A stretch of DNA of 64,000 bases from Porphyromonas sp. (GTDB lineage Bacteria > Bacteroidota > Bacteroidia > Bacteroidales > Porphyromonadaceae): positions 14,989 to 78,988 of the forward strand of contig JBGZIN010000044.1 in assembly GCA_041848345.1 (NCBI GenBank). The letters run 5' to 3'. Below, piece after piece: positions 62,797-64,000 of the stretch; within the stretch, counting starts at the first letter, position 1, and each line of letters starts with the position of its first letter. Made by a program: the position numbers and the translations under genes. Below the pieces are notes generated by a model, which was not told where the DNA came from, made no database searches, and saw nothing but the letters and a program-made list of their open reading frames with translations.

Positions 62797-64000
62797 ATGG
62801 ATACCATAGTACCGTCCTTATTTTCTTCTTTTCTCTCCTTGACAGTCCCCAAAGTGGAGATACTCCCCTTCACTTTAGAAGCTGCCATTGCACTTATAAT
62901 AATTGCACTTTTGTTGGTTTTATCGGGCTATATGTCCTCCTCCGAGGCAGCTTTTTTTTCTCTTTCACCACAAGACATCCACGAAATTCGCAGAAGTGAT
63001 ACCATCATAGACCACAAATTATTGGCTTTGCTGGGCGAGTCCGAAAGATTATTGGCTACAATCCTCATCGGTAACAACGTGGTCAATTTGGGGATAGTTC
63101 TCCTAAGCGACTATTGGGTGCGCTTGACGTTCAACTTCGGAGATGCCGAGTCGATGAGATTTGTGGTACAAACCATTGCCTTAACCTTCATTCTTCTACT
63201 GTTTGGTGAGATTATTCCCAAGGTTTATGCACAAAACCACCCTTTGGCTTTCAGTAGGTTTTCTACTCAAATAATGTATCCACTGTACCGATTTTTATCG
63301 CCCTTATCGAAGGGGTTGATCAAAATTTCCGCCTCTTGGAACAAGAAAAAAAGCAAGCAATATCAACTCTCTGTGGACGATTTGTCCAAAGCGGTGGAAT
63401 TAACCATAGACCAAACGGAGGAGGAAAGTAAGTTAATCGGTGAAATCATAAAGTTTCATGCCAAAACTGCCAACGAGATTATGTTGCCTCGTGTGGACAT
63501 GGTAACCATCGACTACAATTGGAATTTTACGGAAGTGTTGGCTTTTATCGTGGAGACGGGCTACTCTCGCATTCCCGTATTTCAGGGCACCCAAGACGAT
63601 ATTAAAGGTATTCTCTACATCAAAGATTGCATTCCCTACACCCATGAGGCTGCCGATTTTAATTGGCATAAATTGATCCGAGAAGCATATTTCGTTCCCG
63701 AGAACAAAAAAATAGATGACCTCTTGGAAGAGTTTCGCTCACAAAGAATACACATATCAATTGTGGTTGATGAGTATGGAGGTACCTCCGGATTGATCAC
63801 CTTGGAGGACATTTTGGAGGAAATTGTTGGTGAAATAACCGATGAATATGACGATGAAGAGCTCCCCTACACCCGCATGCCTGACGGATCCCTTCTTTTT
63901 GAAGGAAGAACTCCCATCAATGACTTTTGCAAACTCTTGCATATAGACTCAAAAGTGTTTGAAGAGATAGCGCAAGAAGTAGACACTCTGAGTGGCATAT
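62797..64000 (+). CDS. gldE: GldE/CNNM-CBS-CorC hemolysin-family protein, 3'-truncated by the window edge (not in the ORF track)
   Basis: ATG 62797; SSSEAAFFSL, LLATILIGNN, EIIPK, IMLPRVDM, YSRIPV, VVDEYGGTSGLITLEDILEEIVGEI..DE; follows ssb as in other Bacteroidota. Confidence 0.9.
   Translation, partial: MDTIVPSLFSSFLSLTVPKVEILPFTLEAAIALIIIALLLVLSGYMSSSEAAFFSLSPQDIHEIRRSDTIIDHKLLALLGESERLLATILIGNNVVNLGIVLLSDYWVRLTFNFGDAESMRFVVQTIALTFILLLFGEIIPKVYAQNHPLAFSRFSTQIMYPLYRFLSPLSKGLIKISASWNKKKSKQYQLSVDDLSKAVELTIDQTEEESKLIGEIIKFHAKTANEIMLPRVDMVTIDYNWNFTEVLAFIVETGYSRIPVFQGTQDDIKGILYIKDCIPYTHEAADFNWHKLIREAYFVPENKKIDDLLEEFRSQRIHISIVVDEYGGTSGLITLEDILEEIVGEITDEYDDEELPYTRMPDGSLLFEGRTPINDFCKLLHIDSKVFEEIAQEVDTLSGI

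Overview
A 64-kb housekeeping-rich chromosomal segment of a Bacteroidota bacterium, most likely a non-gingivalis Porphyromonas. The evidence is the intact bcp-recA-vimA-vimE-vimF-aroG gene order known from P. gingivalis, the LpxC-FabZ fusion, many peptidases, and repeated TAnnTTTG (-7) promoters. It carries about 55 genes from a 5'-truncated uvrA to a 3'-truncated gldE, including prfB with its programmed +1 frameshift and an FMN riboswitch before ribB. I saw no tRNA, rRNA, IS, prophage, CRISPR or defence island. The most unusual signals are as follows. (1) Three dispersed intergenic arrays of a 14-bp near-palindrome (TTGWATGCATWCAA) repeated with a 22-bp period. (2) A promoter-proximal 39-codon uORF with DD, PP and K/R-rich motifs in the long leader of a corA - ABC-F - dpp5 unit, a candidate MgtL-like translation/Mg2+ sensor. 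(3) Several intact ORFs with eroded catalytic motifs: NnrE/D, Pgl-like, FolK-like, NlpE-like, and the hydrolase domain of an RSH. (4) An SSB lacking the acidic C-terminal tip. All functional interpretations of these are inferences that need database or experimental checks.
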